Positions 21,370 to 32,376 of a stretch of DNA of 64,000 bases are shown here, piece by piece (the stretch's first letter is position 1; every line of letters begins with the position of its first letter). Under the pieces are notes generated by a model. It was not told where the DNA came from and made no database searches. It saw only the letters and a list, made by a program, of their open reading frames with translations. The DNA comes from Pelagomonas calceolata. Its lineage: Eukaryota. A program made the position numbers and the translations under genes. The stretch spans positions 1,116,001-1,180,000 of the forward strand of contig CAKKNE010000001.1 in the NCBI GenBank assembly GCA_918797485.1, read 5' to 3'.

Positions 21370-21543
21370 CTGCGTGAGTGGCACGCCGGGGGGGGATAGC
21401 ACGCATCAAAGCGCGCGCGGGCAGCCTACAGGTAGCTCTCGCACCACTGCGCCGGCGTCGGACCATCGGTGCGGTCCGGGAAGGCATGCGTTAGCCAGGC
21501 ACAGGCTGCTCCCACCACAGGGCAGCAGTGCGCACGCGACACA

Positions 21544-22521
21544 ATGAGGCGTGGCACGCTCACGGCCTGCCTGCTGGCGGCAGCTTGCGCCAAGGAAAAG
21601 GTCTGGAAGGCACGACCCTTCAGACCGGTACGTGTGCCGGTGTACAACAAAAGCGCGGCGTGTGACAAGGCGGATCCGTTCCCCCGCGACGGCGGTCCTT
21701 GCTACGACCGGCGCGCCTGCCTGGCCGAGCTGGAAAAACGAGGCCAGGGCAGGCAGGACGCGAGTCGCCTGGCGGCGCTGTTCCGCAACACGTCGATGCT
21801 CGTGCTCGGCGATAGCGTGAATTTGTACCGCGCGAAGCGGCTGGAACGGGCGGGTCTCCAAAGGAACTGCGGCGAAGGTCTAGGGAGAGCGGAAGCGGAA
21901 GCCAAGGGAAAGGGCATCTGCTACCACCCCCACAACAACTTTGTTCACACCTGGTGCGCGTCGGAAGCACGGCGGGAGAAGTTCTCCCGGAGGCGCGATT
22001 TCGATGTGGTATTTTGGAACTATGGGGGTCTCCATCGCCTCCACCTCTTACCGGCGCGACCGATCACCGTGCCGGGCCCGCGCGGGCCCATCCAGATCGG
22101 GACCTTGACCACTTCTCAGGAGTACAAGGAGGGCCTGGAGACGTGCGCGAAGGTCGTTTCCGAGAGGTACCCCACAGCAAAAATCGTCTACGTCCTCACG
22201 AACGACGTGTGCTCGCAGAACTTCGCGGGACCCTACGCCGCCGCCGCGCGAACCTGGGCCACCAAACAAAATGATCCTATGTACGACATGCAGATGACGT
22301 CGGTAGGTGTTCAAACTTTGCGAGGCCACGAGCGAGCTACTGCGCGCTTGATGGGCCACACCGTCTTAGACCCGCAGAACGACGGCCTCTGCGCCTGCAC
22401 CGCTAAAGGGGACGGGCGCCACTACGTCGACACGGACCCGCGGACGCTAGGGCGCCTCGCCGACCTCGTCGTGAGCTACCGGCTCAAGCCCGACGGGCGG
22501 ATCGTATTTGTGAACAGGTAG
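21544..22521 (+). CDS. Secreted SGNH/PC-esterase (TBL-like) O-acyltransferase or esterase
   Basis: Signal peptide; LVLGDS, DVVFWNYGGLH, DGRHY (GDS...DxxH). Confidence 0.65.
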   Translation: MRRGTLTACLLAAACAKEKVWKARPFRPVRVPVYNKSAACDKADPFPRDGGPCYDRRACLAELEKRGQGRQDASRLAALFRNTSMLVLGDSVNLYRAKRLERAGLQRNCGEGLGRAEAEAKGKGICYHPHNNFVHTWCASEARREKFSRRRDFDVVFWNYGGLHRLHLLPARPITVPGPRGPIQIGTLTTSQEYKEGLETCAKVVSERYPTAKIVYVLTNDVCSQNFAGPYAAAARTWATKQNDPMYDMQMTSVGVQTLRGHERATARLMGHTVLDPQNDGLCACTAKGDGRHYVDTDPRTLGRLADLVVSYRLKPDGRIVFVNR

Positions 22522-22539
22522 AATTAACGACACACAACT

Positions 22540-23538
22540 TTAATTACCACGCCACGGGGCGGCGTGCCGCCGGTCGCAATAGGGGACCGGCGCATCGCAC
22601 CCCGACCAGACCGAGCCGGAACCGTTTTTCAAGACCGGTCGCCACGCGGCCGGCGTCGGCTGCCAGGCCCAGTTCTCCGGCATCCGGGCCGCGCGGCCGT
22701 GGGCTTGGATGAGCTCTTCGGGGCTCTTGTACTTGTGCAGGGCGAGGACGCGCGTGCACGCGCCCGCCCCGACGTCTGCGCCCGGCGCGCGGACGTCGAA
22801 GACGAGCAGGTGGGCCGAATCGTACGCCTCGACGGACCGGAGCGGCGCGCCGCGCAGGATCGACGGCAGGTTCACGGCGAGCGTGCTGCCGAGCGCGGGG
22901 CCGCTCCACCGCGCGCGCCCGGCCCACGCGCCCACGAGTTCGCGCGCCGCGCCGGCCGAGAGCAGGAGGAAGAACTCGTCGACCGCGCAGAGCCGCCGGT
23001 GGTACGCGTGCGCCGCGTGGCCCGCGTACACGACGCGGGCGCCCAGGGGGGCGAAGGGCGGCCGGCGCAGGGCGGCGAGCGTGTGTTCGACGCAGAGCAC
23101 GACGTCCGCGTCGAGGCGCAGCCACCAGTCGAAGCGAAAATGGCGCCGCGCCCAGCCGGCCATGCCCACGACGAAGTCCGTCCACCGCGTCGAGCCGCAG
23201 CCGTACTTGCGGTCGGGGGGCTTATCGAGGAGCGCCTCGCGGGCGACGCTCGCGGTGCGGACGAAGCGCGCGTGCCCCAGCGCGGCCCGGAGCGCCGCGT
23301 CGTCGAGGACCACCACGAGCTCCTCTCGTATCCGGAGTGGCCGCTCCACGAAGAAGCGGAGCGCGCCGCCGCCCCTCTCGAGCGCCGGCGCCCAGGTCTG
23401 GCGCACCGCCTGGCGGAGCGCGGCGTCCGCCGGAATGTCCTGACTCGGCACGGCGACGAAGACGATAGCGGTGCGGTTCGGGGCGTCGCCGTCCGCCCGG
23501 ATGTGAGGCACCAGCAGCAGCAGGATTATCAGCCGCAT
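22540..23538 (-). CDS. GT31-like glycosyltransferase
   Basis: Signal peptide; LRQAVRQTW, LRFFV, FDWWLRLDADV (DxD), VVYAG, LALHKYK. Confidence 0.7.
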   Translation of the reverse strand: MRLIILLLLVPHIRADGDAPNRTAIVFVAVPSQDIPADAALRQAVRQTWAPALERGGGALRFFVERPLRIREELVVVLDDAALRAALGHARFVRTASVAREALLDKPPDRKYGCGSTRWTDFVVGMAGWARRHFRFDWWLRLDADVVLCVEHTLAALRRPPFAPLGARVVYAGHAAHAYHRRLCAVDEFFLLLSAGAARELVGAWAGRARWSGPALGSTLAVNLPSILRGAPLRSVEAYDSAHLLVFDVRAPGADVGAGACTRVLALHKYKSPEELIQAHGRAARMPENWAWQPTPAAWRPVLKNGSGSVWSGCDAPVPYCDRRHAAPWRGN

Positions 23539-23743
23539 GGCTGCCCTCTCCTTATGCTGGTGCTGGCGTGCTGCGCTAGGTTTTGGGCTGCCCTGCTCTC
23601 AGCTCTTCATCATATATATGCAGGCAGCCCTGCGCCTGAGGCTGCCCACGGCAACCCACCGTATTCGGCTGTATCCTATCGTGTTCAAGAGCACAGATAG
23701 CGACCGTTGTGGCGGAATATACCTCCCGGGTGACAACCAGCTG

Positions 23744-23765
23744 CTAGCGGCATGTAAGACTCTAG
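23744..23765 (-). promoter_or_regulatory. CTAG-bounded intergenic motif copy (reverse)
   Basis: Reverse complement reads ctagagtcttacatgccgctag; between divergent genes. Confidence 0.6.
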
Positions 23766-23947
23766 CAAACGTGCCGGCTCGACGACGCGTACGACGCGTA
23801 CGCCGACGCGCATCGCAGCGACGCGCGGCACACCACGACGGCAGCCGAGAACCCATCCACAACACCGCAGCGTCGGCCGGGGCAGCCGTAACCGCACAGA
23901 CCCCCATACCCAAAAGCACAGTGCCGCACGCCGCCGCTCATCCAAAG

Positions 23948-24487
23948 ATGATCAAGGGCATCATCATCGTCAACAACTCCGGCCAGGCCCGCATCTGCAA
24001 GTTCTTCCAGCAAGTACATAGAGAAGGTTACAGTCCCGAAGAGGCGCAGCAAAGCGTCGTCCAGCAGGTCTACAAACAAGTGAGTGAACGACCGGACTCC
24101 TTCTGCAACTACCTGGAAGGTAGTATCATGCAGTGGGGCGACGCCACGAAGCTGATCTATCGGCACTACGCTACTTTATACTTCGTCTTCGCGGTCGACA
24201 AGCTTGAATCCGACCTGGGTATTTTGGACCTCATCCAGGTCTTCGTCGAGGCCCTGGACAAGTGCTTCGAGAACGTGTGTGAATTGGACTTGATCTTCCA
24301 CAGCGACAAGGTCCACTACATCTTGGACGAGATCGTGATGGCCGGGATGGTCCTCGAGACGAACATCGTCACTATTCTGTCAGGAGTGAACGACCAGACG
24401 AAACTCCACCAGAAGTCCACCTCGAAACTGAACGAGGCCCTGGGGAAGGCCACCTCCACCAAAATGGGGTCGCCGGGCGTAAGGTAG
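23948..24487 (+). CDS. AP3S: AP-3 adaptor complex sigma subunit
   Basis: MIKGIIIVNNSGQAR..KLIYRHYATLYF..LGILDLIQVFVEALDKCFENVCELDLIFH. Confidence 0.93.
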   Translation: MIKGIIIVNNSGQARICKFFQQVHREGYSPEEAQQSVVQQVYKQVSERPDSFCNYLEGSIMQWGDATKLIYRHYATLYFVFAVDKLESDLGILDLIQVFVEALDKCFENVCELDLIFHSDKVHYILDEIVMAGMVLETNIVTILSGVNDQTKLHQKSTSKLNEALGKATSTKMGSPGVR

Positions 24488-25107
24488 TAGTTCTCTGTTC
24501 TTCTTGTGCGGGCGTTTTTGTGGTCCTAGGCTCTGCGCGCGGCGAGTACTGCGTCGCGGCGACGGCGTGGCGGTGGGGTAGGTGTGTGCTCGTGCGAGCC
24601 TCGCGGCGATGGCGTGTCGCGGCTCACGCGAGATCGACGCGACTCGTCACTAAAACTCCCGGGTCGCGGCGATGGCGTCGAGCCGAGTACACGGCGCCGA
24701 GTTTGGTGCTCGGACTAGGGGCGCGGCCCGCGACGACGCCCACGTTTGGCTGTTGAGGTGACAAAGAGCAGGCAGGGCTGCCTGAGGTCTCGTATAAGGT
24801 CCCCACGAGTCTGAAGAGCCCCCGATACGTCGCGCCGAACCGAGCACGAAGGCTAGTGTCTCTCTTGCATAAGCCCTCGCACGCCGCCTTGCGGGTGTCC
24901 ACCATGCCGCCGCTGTAGGCTCAACGAGGTGCAAACGGCACTGAGCCGCGGCCAGAAGGCTGTGGCTTGCCTTGTCCAAAGTTTGGCGGGGTTTCGCGTA
25001 GGGAGCAAGGAGAGGGAGAGCCAACAGCTCTCCGGGAGTGAAACCGCCGTCACGTGACGCCGGCGCAGCGAGAGTTCGTATAGAGACCGCAGGACATCAA
25101 AGCAGCG

Positions 25108-25995
25108 ATGGCCTGCCGCGAACGCGAGTCCTGCTGGTGTTTTGGCACCGCGACGCCGCAAAGAGCCCCGTCGCCACCCCAGAACGGCCTCTGCTCGCCG
25201 TCGACGTCCAACGGGAGAGCTTCACCAGCCCCGTTACCTTCCGTCCTGAGAAAGATCGAGAAGTGGGGCGACTACGAGGCCGTTGGGGGCTTGGTGCCGG
25301 TGCGCGGCGGCCGGGGGTTCGTCCCAATGAAGACGCCGCTGACACGGGCCCAGATGGCCTCTCTAAAAAAATCGGGCAAGCGCATTAAATATCCCCACGA
25401 CCTGCAGGGCTTTGTCCGGGACCAGGCTGCTCAAGGGAGGCGTGTGGGTCTGGTTATCGATTTAACGTGTCATGATTGCCTCTACGAGTCGGAATTGAGC
25501 TTGTGTCCGGGCGTGCGGTATGTCCACCTCGCCACGGAGGCCAAGAAGGTCGTGGAGCCCTGGTTGGTCGAGCGGATCGCCGACGAGGCTCGGTCACTAT
25601 GGCGGAAAGATTCGAAGGCAGTAGTAGCGATCCACTGCAGCTATGGGTTTAATAGGACCGGATTTGCACTTTGTTCTTACTTAGCGACGCACGACGGCAT
25701 GGACATCGATGACGCCTTAGCTCTATTTGAACAAGCACGACCGCCAGGCGTCAAACACGGTCATTTCAGCGAAGAACTGAAAAGGAGGTTTCCGGGCCGG
25801 CCGACGCCGTCGCCCGTCCAGAATATACAAACACCGGAGAACAATGGTCATAACGCGGACGAGGAGGACCCTGGGTCTTTGTCGGAGCCCGCGTCGCTGT
25901 CGACGACGCCAGTCGCCGGTGAGGACCCTCTGATGGGCCTGAAGCGCTGCAAGCCGAGCGGCGAGTTCAGCCCGCTGCGGACGAACTCGCGGTAG
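25108..25995 (+). CDS. Cys-based RNA 5'-phosphatase (DUSP11/capping-enzyme triphosphatase-like)
   Basis: FVPMKTPL, GLVIDLT, HCSYGFNRTG P-loop, FEQARPPG; no guanylyltransferase domain follows. Confidence 0.85.
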   Translation: MACRERESCWCFGTATPQRAPSPPQNGLCSPSTSNGRASPAPLPSVLRKIEKWGDYEAVGGLVPVRGGRGFVPMKTPLTRAQMASLKKSGKRIKYPHDLQGFVRDQAAQGRRVGLVIDLTCHDCLYESELSLCPGVRYVHLATEAKKVVEPWLVERIADEARSLWRKDSKAVVAIHCSYGFNRTGFALCSYLATHDGMDIDDALALFEQARPPGVKHGHFSEELKRRFPGRPTPSPVQNIQTPENNGHNADEEDPGSLSEPASLSTTPVAGEDPLMGLKRCKPSGEFSPLRTNSR

Positions 25996-26247
25996 TAGGC
26001 GCGTGTTCTAAAAAAGTATCGTTTAGTCTCTCTTTCGGGTGCGGTACGAGCGAGCCGTCGCGTCGACGGCGTGCGGCGTCGTGGCCGCCGTAGTGGAGGG
26101 GCGCCGCGCCGTATATCATATCCCGTCGACCCGCGCACTGTACGAGCTTGTAGCACCTAGAGCTCCGATCACCGCGTCCTGGCGGCCTCGAGGCCGATAC
26201 GAGAGAGAGAGAGAGTCGCTAATTGGAGCTGCTCCGTTGGCACCACG

Positions 26248-26310
26248 GACCCGATACCTGTGTTGTATTGTTGCGGTGCTAGGACTAGTGGGCGGAGACC
26301 CGATACCTGT
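26248..26310 (-). mobile_element. Short insertion flanked by 14-bp direct repeats (possible 5'-truncated retroposon)
   Basis: gacccgatacctgt at 26248-26261 and 26297-26310; 26270-26297 matches 10261-10288 at 26/28. Confidence 0.5.
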
Positions 26311-26316
26311 CGAAGG

Positions 26317-26334
26317 CTAGTTTCTTACAGGTAG
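26317..26334 (+). promoter_or_regulatory. Degenerate CTAG motif copy
   Basis: ctagtttcttacaggtag about 250 bp upstream of 26571. Confidence 0.4.
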
Positions 26335-26570
26335 CAGGTCAGCAATTATTGAGGACGCGCCGCAGTTTGCTGCGTCCCTGGCCTAAGCTACGCTCGGGCG
26401 AGTGTGTTGCGGCAGCCATAGATCCGTTTGAAAGCGCTAGATAGCAGCTGCGCGGCCAAGCGGGCTCCTTAGGACGCGGTTGGGACCAAAACCGCCCTGC
26501 CGCATTTTGATAAACAGCAGCTAAATCGTCACGCCAGCCGCCGAAAAACGCGCCGACGCACGACAATAAA

Positions 26571-28526
26571 ATGGCCGACGAAGACGCCGCCGACGCGCCG
26601 CCGCCGCCGCCCGAAACGGGGGGCCGCGGCCAGCAGGTCTCGAGCCTCGTGAGCGCGATGCAGTCCGGCGAGATTTCGAAAGCGGAGCTCTTCGCGAGCC
26701 TGAGCGAACTCAAGCGGACGCCGCGGTCGCCTAGAGCTGGCGCGGGTGACGTCCAGCGGTTGGTGGGTGCCATGCGCGCGGGAAAACTCACGAAGCGCGA
26801 GCTCATGGCCTCTTTAGCGCAAATGAAGGAGGCCCAGGAGCCCGTGGAGCCGCCACCGCCGCCCCAGCCCGACTCTCGCGATGAAAGTTTATCTGGAGAG
26901 CTCAGAGAAGCTGAGATGTGGGCGGAGCTGCGGCGGGACACGTCGTCCCAAAAACCCGAATCTATTTCTGTGGAGGAGGAAGTGACGTCGCCGGCCCTAT
27001 CTTCCGCACGACGCGTCCGCCAGCCCTCGCCGAAAAAGCCGCCGCCGCCGCGGCCGAAGGTGAAGCCAAATACGCGGCAGCCCTACATGGAAAGTACTCG
27101 CCAATTACGGCCTCGGGCTACTAGAGATGACGACTGCACCTTCCGGCCGCGCGTGAAGAAGCTGCCTAGGAAGCTGTATCCGGACGCCGATCGGTATTCG
27201 CGGCGGCGGGACGACAGAGACTTTCTCACGAGAACGCAGCGCTGGGCGTCGGAGCGGGACGAGCATGTGCGCCGGAAGAGTGAAAGGAACGCGGAAAGGG
27301 AGTTAGATGAATGCACCTTTCAACCTAGGATTTCCGCGAACAGTAGAAGGTCCGCGGCGGTCACAAGGTCCGGAGCCGCGACTCCAGCTAGGCTGTACGA
27401 CGAGGAGAAACAAAGGCAGCTCGAACGAGACACGAAGCGAGAAATGATACTGAGGAAGCGCGACGAGGACTTCGACCAGCGCCACCCGTTCCAGCCGTCG
27501 ATGGCGCGGCCTCGGCGTCCATCGAATAACTGACGTGGTCGCGTCGATGGCGTATGAGCCGCGACACGCCATCGACGCGAGCGCATCGATCCCGCGCAGG
27601 CCACGAACGCGGACGTCGCGCCGCGCTACCGCTCGGCCCGCAAGGCGAGGCACGACGAAGAGCTGCCGCCGCATTGTACCTTCCAGCCGAACGTGCGCGG
27701 TCCTAGCGACGGGATGCAAAATGCGTCCACTTACCTGTCCTGCGACGTCTTCGAGCGCCTGGCCGTGAACCTGCCGGCTCGGGATGCTCCACAAATTGAG
27801 GCCGAGCCCTCGGAACAGATCGTGCCCCAGACCAAGGCCGCGACGCCCAAACAAGTGGAAGCGTTCCTGGCTCGCCAGAAAGCATGCGACGCGAAACGGG
27901 AAAAGAAGGTTAGTAGGGTCGCCGACGAACTGAAGCCGTCGTTCCAGCCCTCGGTGAAGGGTCGCAAGTCGTCGGGTGGCGATGGCTTCATGGAACGACT
28001 CGCGGTTGCCGCGCGTCGACGGGAGCGACGAGAGTTGGAAGCTGCAGAGAGAGGCGCTAGAGGCGGTGATGAAGAAAATCTAGAATGCACGTTCACGCCC
28101 GAAATTTCCAAGAGGGCCAAGGCCGTCGAACGGCCTCGGCGGTCCTGCGCCGAACTTTCTGCGGGAGACGCTCTCCGGAAGGAGACCACTCGTAGATTGT
28201 TGATGCTCAGGAGAGAAAGAGAAGAACGGGCCAAGCACAACTTCCAGCCGAAATTTGCCACGTCGACGACAGTAGAATCAAAGCTTAAAATCACGAGCGA
28301 CCCGACGACCTACTTAGAACGCCTCAAGGAGGACGCTGATAGAAGAGAAGCCGCCCTGCAGGCGAAGCGCGATAACCGAGGAGACGACGAGGACGCCGAG
28401 CTCACCTTCCAGCCGAAGCTGACGAAGTGCCCGGCATACGTCACGCGGATCGCACGCGGGTTGGCGCTGACGGGGCGTTCCACAAAGAAGGTCGAGGCGC
28501 CGTCCAAGCCCGACTTCCGGTTTTGA
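26571..28526 (+). CDS. Coiled-coil protein with (C/L)TFxP repeats (microtubule/cilium-associated type); exons 26571-27503, 27600-28526
   Basis: CTFRP, CTFQP, HPFQP, CTFQP, PSFQP, CTFTP, HNFQP, LTFQP; GC-AG intron 27504-27599 restores the frame. Confidence 0.75.
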
Positions 28527-28823
28527 GATGTATCTTGCTTTTTAAGTTTGGGTGCATATCTTCTTCATCCGCAGTCCCGCGTCACGTACCAATCCGCAGG
28601 TTCGCCTCGCGCCACTAACGCGGTGTTGCGAATGCAACTGCGCCTGCTCGGTGGCGTGGGACGGGGCGCGAATTCCCCGCGGGAGCCGTTAGGATCGAGT
28701 TGCTCTGCGGAGAGCACTCTCAAAAAAAGCTGGGCTGCCTCGCCGTACGCAACGCCGATGGGCAGCCAGCGAACGGCGTGAGTACCACGACGGGGCTGTT
28801 GCGCGCGGCGCAACCCCCTTGCG

Positions 28824-30073
28824 ATGGCACCCGGGTACTACTTCTACTGCTGCTGCTTTGTGGCAATAGCTGCGGCCGACCCTCGCGTAGGCGCGGAAGA
28901 GCGCGGCCTCGTGACGCGGCTCAACCGCCGGTATCGCGGAGGTCTCTGCTTCAAGGCTTTTATACGATGGCCTAAGCTAGGCCGCGAACGGGCCCGCGGC
29001 CGCGCGGAAATCGACTTTCACGCCATCGACGCGGCGTCTGCTCACTGGTTAATGTCACACAGGTCCGCGAGTGCGCGTTCGAAGAGCGGCTGACGCCGGC
29101 GTGCGCGGGCCGACTCTCCTGCTCGCTCGCGAGCCTGAATGTGCCGGCCACGTTCGACCTCGAGGGGTGGGGCGGGACGGTCGGCGTGGTCGTGCGCCCC
29201 GATGTCACGCGGAAATGCGTCCTCTGCTCCTGGGCCTGGGACGGCTGGACGGATTTAAGGGGATGCAACCGGTCGAGCGGCTGCGTACCTGGTTGTGTCG
29301 GCACGGTGCATCCGTCCCACGACGTCTACGCGGCGACGGAGTACGTCTGGGCGGGCTGGGGGCCCTACAAGCCGCGCGAGGGTCTACGGTTCATGATCGA
29401 GGAACAGCAACGGCAACGGTGGGCCTGGCCGTGGAATCAACATACGGGTCGCACGAAGTACAACGAGCTCGTCCTTTCGTCGGCGTGCTGGCTCCGCCAC
29501 CTTCCTTCCCTAGTCCTGGCCTTCTACGTCACGCACCGGGCCACACAATTTGATATAGATTTGGTCGTAGCGACGCGCGACGAGTTCCTCCGCAACTACA
29601 GCCTCCCGGCGGCGACCGCGCCCCTCGTGGCCTACGATGAGCGAGCACCAGCGGCGCCGTTTTCGCCATTTCGACGCCAGAACGCTTCCGTCGTGTCGCC
29701 GACCGCGTCGCGTGGTCCGAGTTCTCGCCCGTCGCCGCCCACTCAGCACGAGTTGGACTGGCTGGAGGCCATCACGGAGGCCAGGGCGCAGAATAATGAC
29801 GATGCGTGGTGGTGGGCGGACGAGGAGGCCGCGCGCCACGGCAGCGACGACTACTTCGACGACGAAGACGACGACTACTACGTAGATGACCAGGCCGACG
29901 AAGCGGCGTGGATGAAGCGGGTGGAGGAGGAGCGGATCGTGAAGGAGCTTCGCGCCTTCGAGGTGGAGGAAGGCGACGACGACGGGGACATCGCTCGCCT
30001 CGAGGCGGAATTGCGGATGCGCCGCGACGAGATCGCGCGCGACCCCCAACTCGCGGCGATGTATCTAGACTAA
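28824..30073 (+). CDS. Secreted hypothetical protein; exons 28824-28991, 29063-30073
   Basis: Signal peptide; CSWAWDG, KYNELVL, PLVAYD conserved-looking core; acidic tail. Confidence 0.65.
28992..29062 (+). mobile_element. Degenerate introner, family 2 (GC-AG intron, 71 nt)
   Basis: Target duplication gcccgcgg/gtccgcga (6/8); 5' end ccgcgcggaaatcga; internal acgccatcgacgcg; phase-0 removal restores the ORF. Confidence 0.7.
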
Positions 30074-30077
30074 GAGT

Positions 30078-31862
30078 TCAAGTTCTATCCCCGGGGAAGC
30101 CCCAGTCTTTCGGGTGCACGGGCGTCCGGGGGGCTAGAACGTGGTTCGTCCGCGCGGCCGCCGCTGCTTCGAGGCCTTGGACCGGGTCGTAGTAGGGGTA
30201 GCGCCGGTTCTTGTATTCGATCAGCTTCACCCCGTTAACCGTCGCGTACTTTTCATACCGGCCGCTGATCATGTAGCACGAGAGAGTATCTCCCGTCCGC
30301 GTGTTCGGCGCTCGTAGTGAGACCGCGGGGACCCATGCGCCCTCGACGCTGCGCCATTCTATGAGCTCCGCGGGAACGCCAAAATACCGCTTGACTTCGG
30401 CCCACAGATAATCAATGTTGTAGTGGAAATGATGGGGCATGCCGCGGACGCCGCCCCACCGCGAGGGGCCAGCTTCGATCATGAACTCGATGACCGCCTT
30501 GAGCATCGGGTTGCCGGGCGCCTGCGTGAAACGTCGATGATAACGCCGTCACCGCGACATTAGTTCGAGGACGCTGCGTCGAACCCTCGCGTAGAGCAGC
30601 CCGTTCCACACATTCCGGCCCACCGGGTCGTACACAAAGATGCAGTCGTGCTCGAAGGCCTCCGTCGATAGCGGCCGGAGGAGCAGCGCATCAGCGTCTA
30701 AATAAAGACCGCCCTCTTCGTAGAGGCGGCAGTACCGCCACAAGTCCACCTTCCACGCCACGAACTTGAGCGAATCGAACAGTGGTAATAGTCGTGGATC
30801 TGAGTGTTCCACAAAGTATCTGCGGAGATCCTCGCCGTCGTAAATAAACGAGTAGCGGACCGGGATCGGGATGTTCGCCAAGTTCTGCGCCACAATGTCC
30901 GCCGGCACGGGCCGGCGAAACACCTGATACAACGTCACGCGCGGCACTGGCGGGAACCGGAGCCGCCGGAGCTGGCGCTCGCTGGCCAGGACGTCGTCCT
31001 CGCGCTCAGGGGCGCGCAGCTTACACCTCCACTCCTCTTCGTGGAGCGAGCAGGCGACGCATTGGGCCGGGGCGTTCTGCAGGACAATGTCGCCCGGCCG
31101 GAACGCGTCGAGGTAGCGCTGGGCCCCCTCCCGCGTGAAGAGCCCGGTGGACATGTCCGTGTAGGCGACGAGGGGCCCGCGCGGGGACGGGCCGTAGTAC
31201 ACCTCGAAGCACCACTCCTCGGCCGGTGCCGGGGGCCAGCCCCGCGCGAGCGGCGGCGGCACCGCGAGGGTGCGCGGACCGCAGTTCTGGGGAAGGCAGC
31301 CCGCCGATATGTGGTCGAAGCCGCGCAGGTGCTCGCCGAACGCGGCGTGGAGCAGCGGGTACACTTCGGCCAGCACGTCGTCTTCGTCTTCATCGGGAAC
31401 GAGCACCAGGACGTAGCCCTCGTCCCGCCCGCTGGCGATCGCCTCCAGAGCGGCGCGGTACGCGACGCCGGCGGCGAGGTACGCGAAGCTGCGCCGCGGC
31501 ACGCCCGGCAACTCCTGGTCGAGGAGCGCCTCGATGGAGGTCTGGCAGGCGCCGCGCATGTCGTCGCCGCAGCCCGCGACGTAGGTGTAGACTGTGTAGA
31601 CGGCCGCGAGGGGCAGCGCGCGCGGCCGTACGGCGGCGAGGGGCGCGCGCGGCCGTTGTTTCATGACGACCTTTGGTGACTGCGCCCAGAGCAGCCGCGC
31701 GAGACCGGCGGCGGCCGCGAGCGCACATAAGAGAGCCAAGACCTTGCGCCGCGTCTGTTTTTTTTTGGTGACTGCTACCCCGAGTAGTTCGATGGGGCGC
31801 CGATGGGGCTGCCGATTGAGGTGCCGCGCGGATTGCCGATGGGAAGCGCCTTCGTCGTGCAT
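30078..31862 (-). CDS. Type II membrane GT32 (DxD) glycosyltransferase; intron 30522-30584
   Basis: TM anchor; KVDLWRYCRLYEEGGLYLDAD; GT-AG removal gives NGLLYAR|APGNPMLKAVI. Confidence 0.85.
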
Positions 31863-32036
31863 CCTCGATATGCTCCGTGATGCGCTTGTCAATTGGCTTC
31901 GATTCGCAGTTTGGGTGCTTCTAGGGTCGCGATGACAAGCTCTAGAGCCACGAGCGCAGCGCACCCTTGCCGTACTACCGCTCAAGCCCTCGACGGGGCT
32001 GCCCCAGGACGCGTGCGAGCCATCAAGTTGTTGTGG

Positions 32037-32056
32037 CTAGTATCTCACACCGCTAG
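32037..32056 (+). promoter_or_regulatory. CTAG-bounded motif variant
   Basis: ctagtatctcacaccgctag between divergent genes. Confidence 0.5.
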
Positions 32057-32224
32057 CTAATCACAGCTTCGCGTCTGCATCTGCTCTGCGCCTGCTGCAA
32101 ACAGGACACCTTAGAACGCAGTCGACGCGCCAATTTGTGCTGCACCGCCGCACCGTCGCCGCGCCGAGTTCTCTCGCCAATTGGTGGAGCACACAGCAAG
32201 TGCCAGCATCGCCCGCTGCACACT

Positions 32225-32356
32225 CGTTGATTACGCACGCATCGCTGCGAATCGCGCGTCAAGATACACCTGTGTGCAACTGCATTGATTACGCGCGCAT
32301 CGCTGGTTCACCGCACTACACCTGTGCAACTGCATTGATCACGCGCGCGTCGCTGG
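32225..32356. repeat. Imperfect tandem repeat, probably within a 5'UTR intron
   Basis: ttgattacgcrcgcatcgctg-like unit three times and gtgcaactgcattgat twice; acceptor cacatag ends at 32372. Confidence 0.75.
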
Positions 32357-32376
32357 CAACGGAACCACATAGTAAG

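Noticed and set aside
25108..25995. Full mRNA capping enzyme or viral capping gene
   Set aside because: Only the Cys-phosphatase domain is present, with no KxDG guanylyltransferase domain and no viral neighbours.
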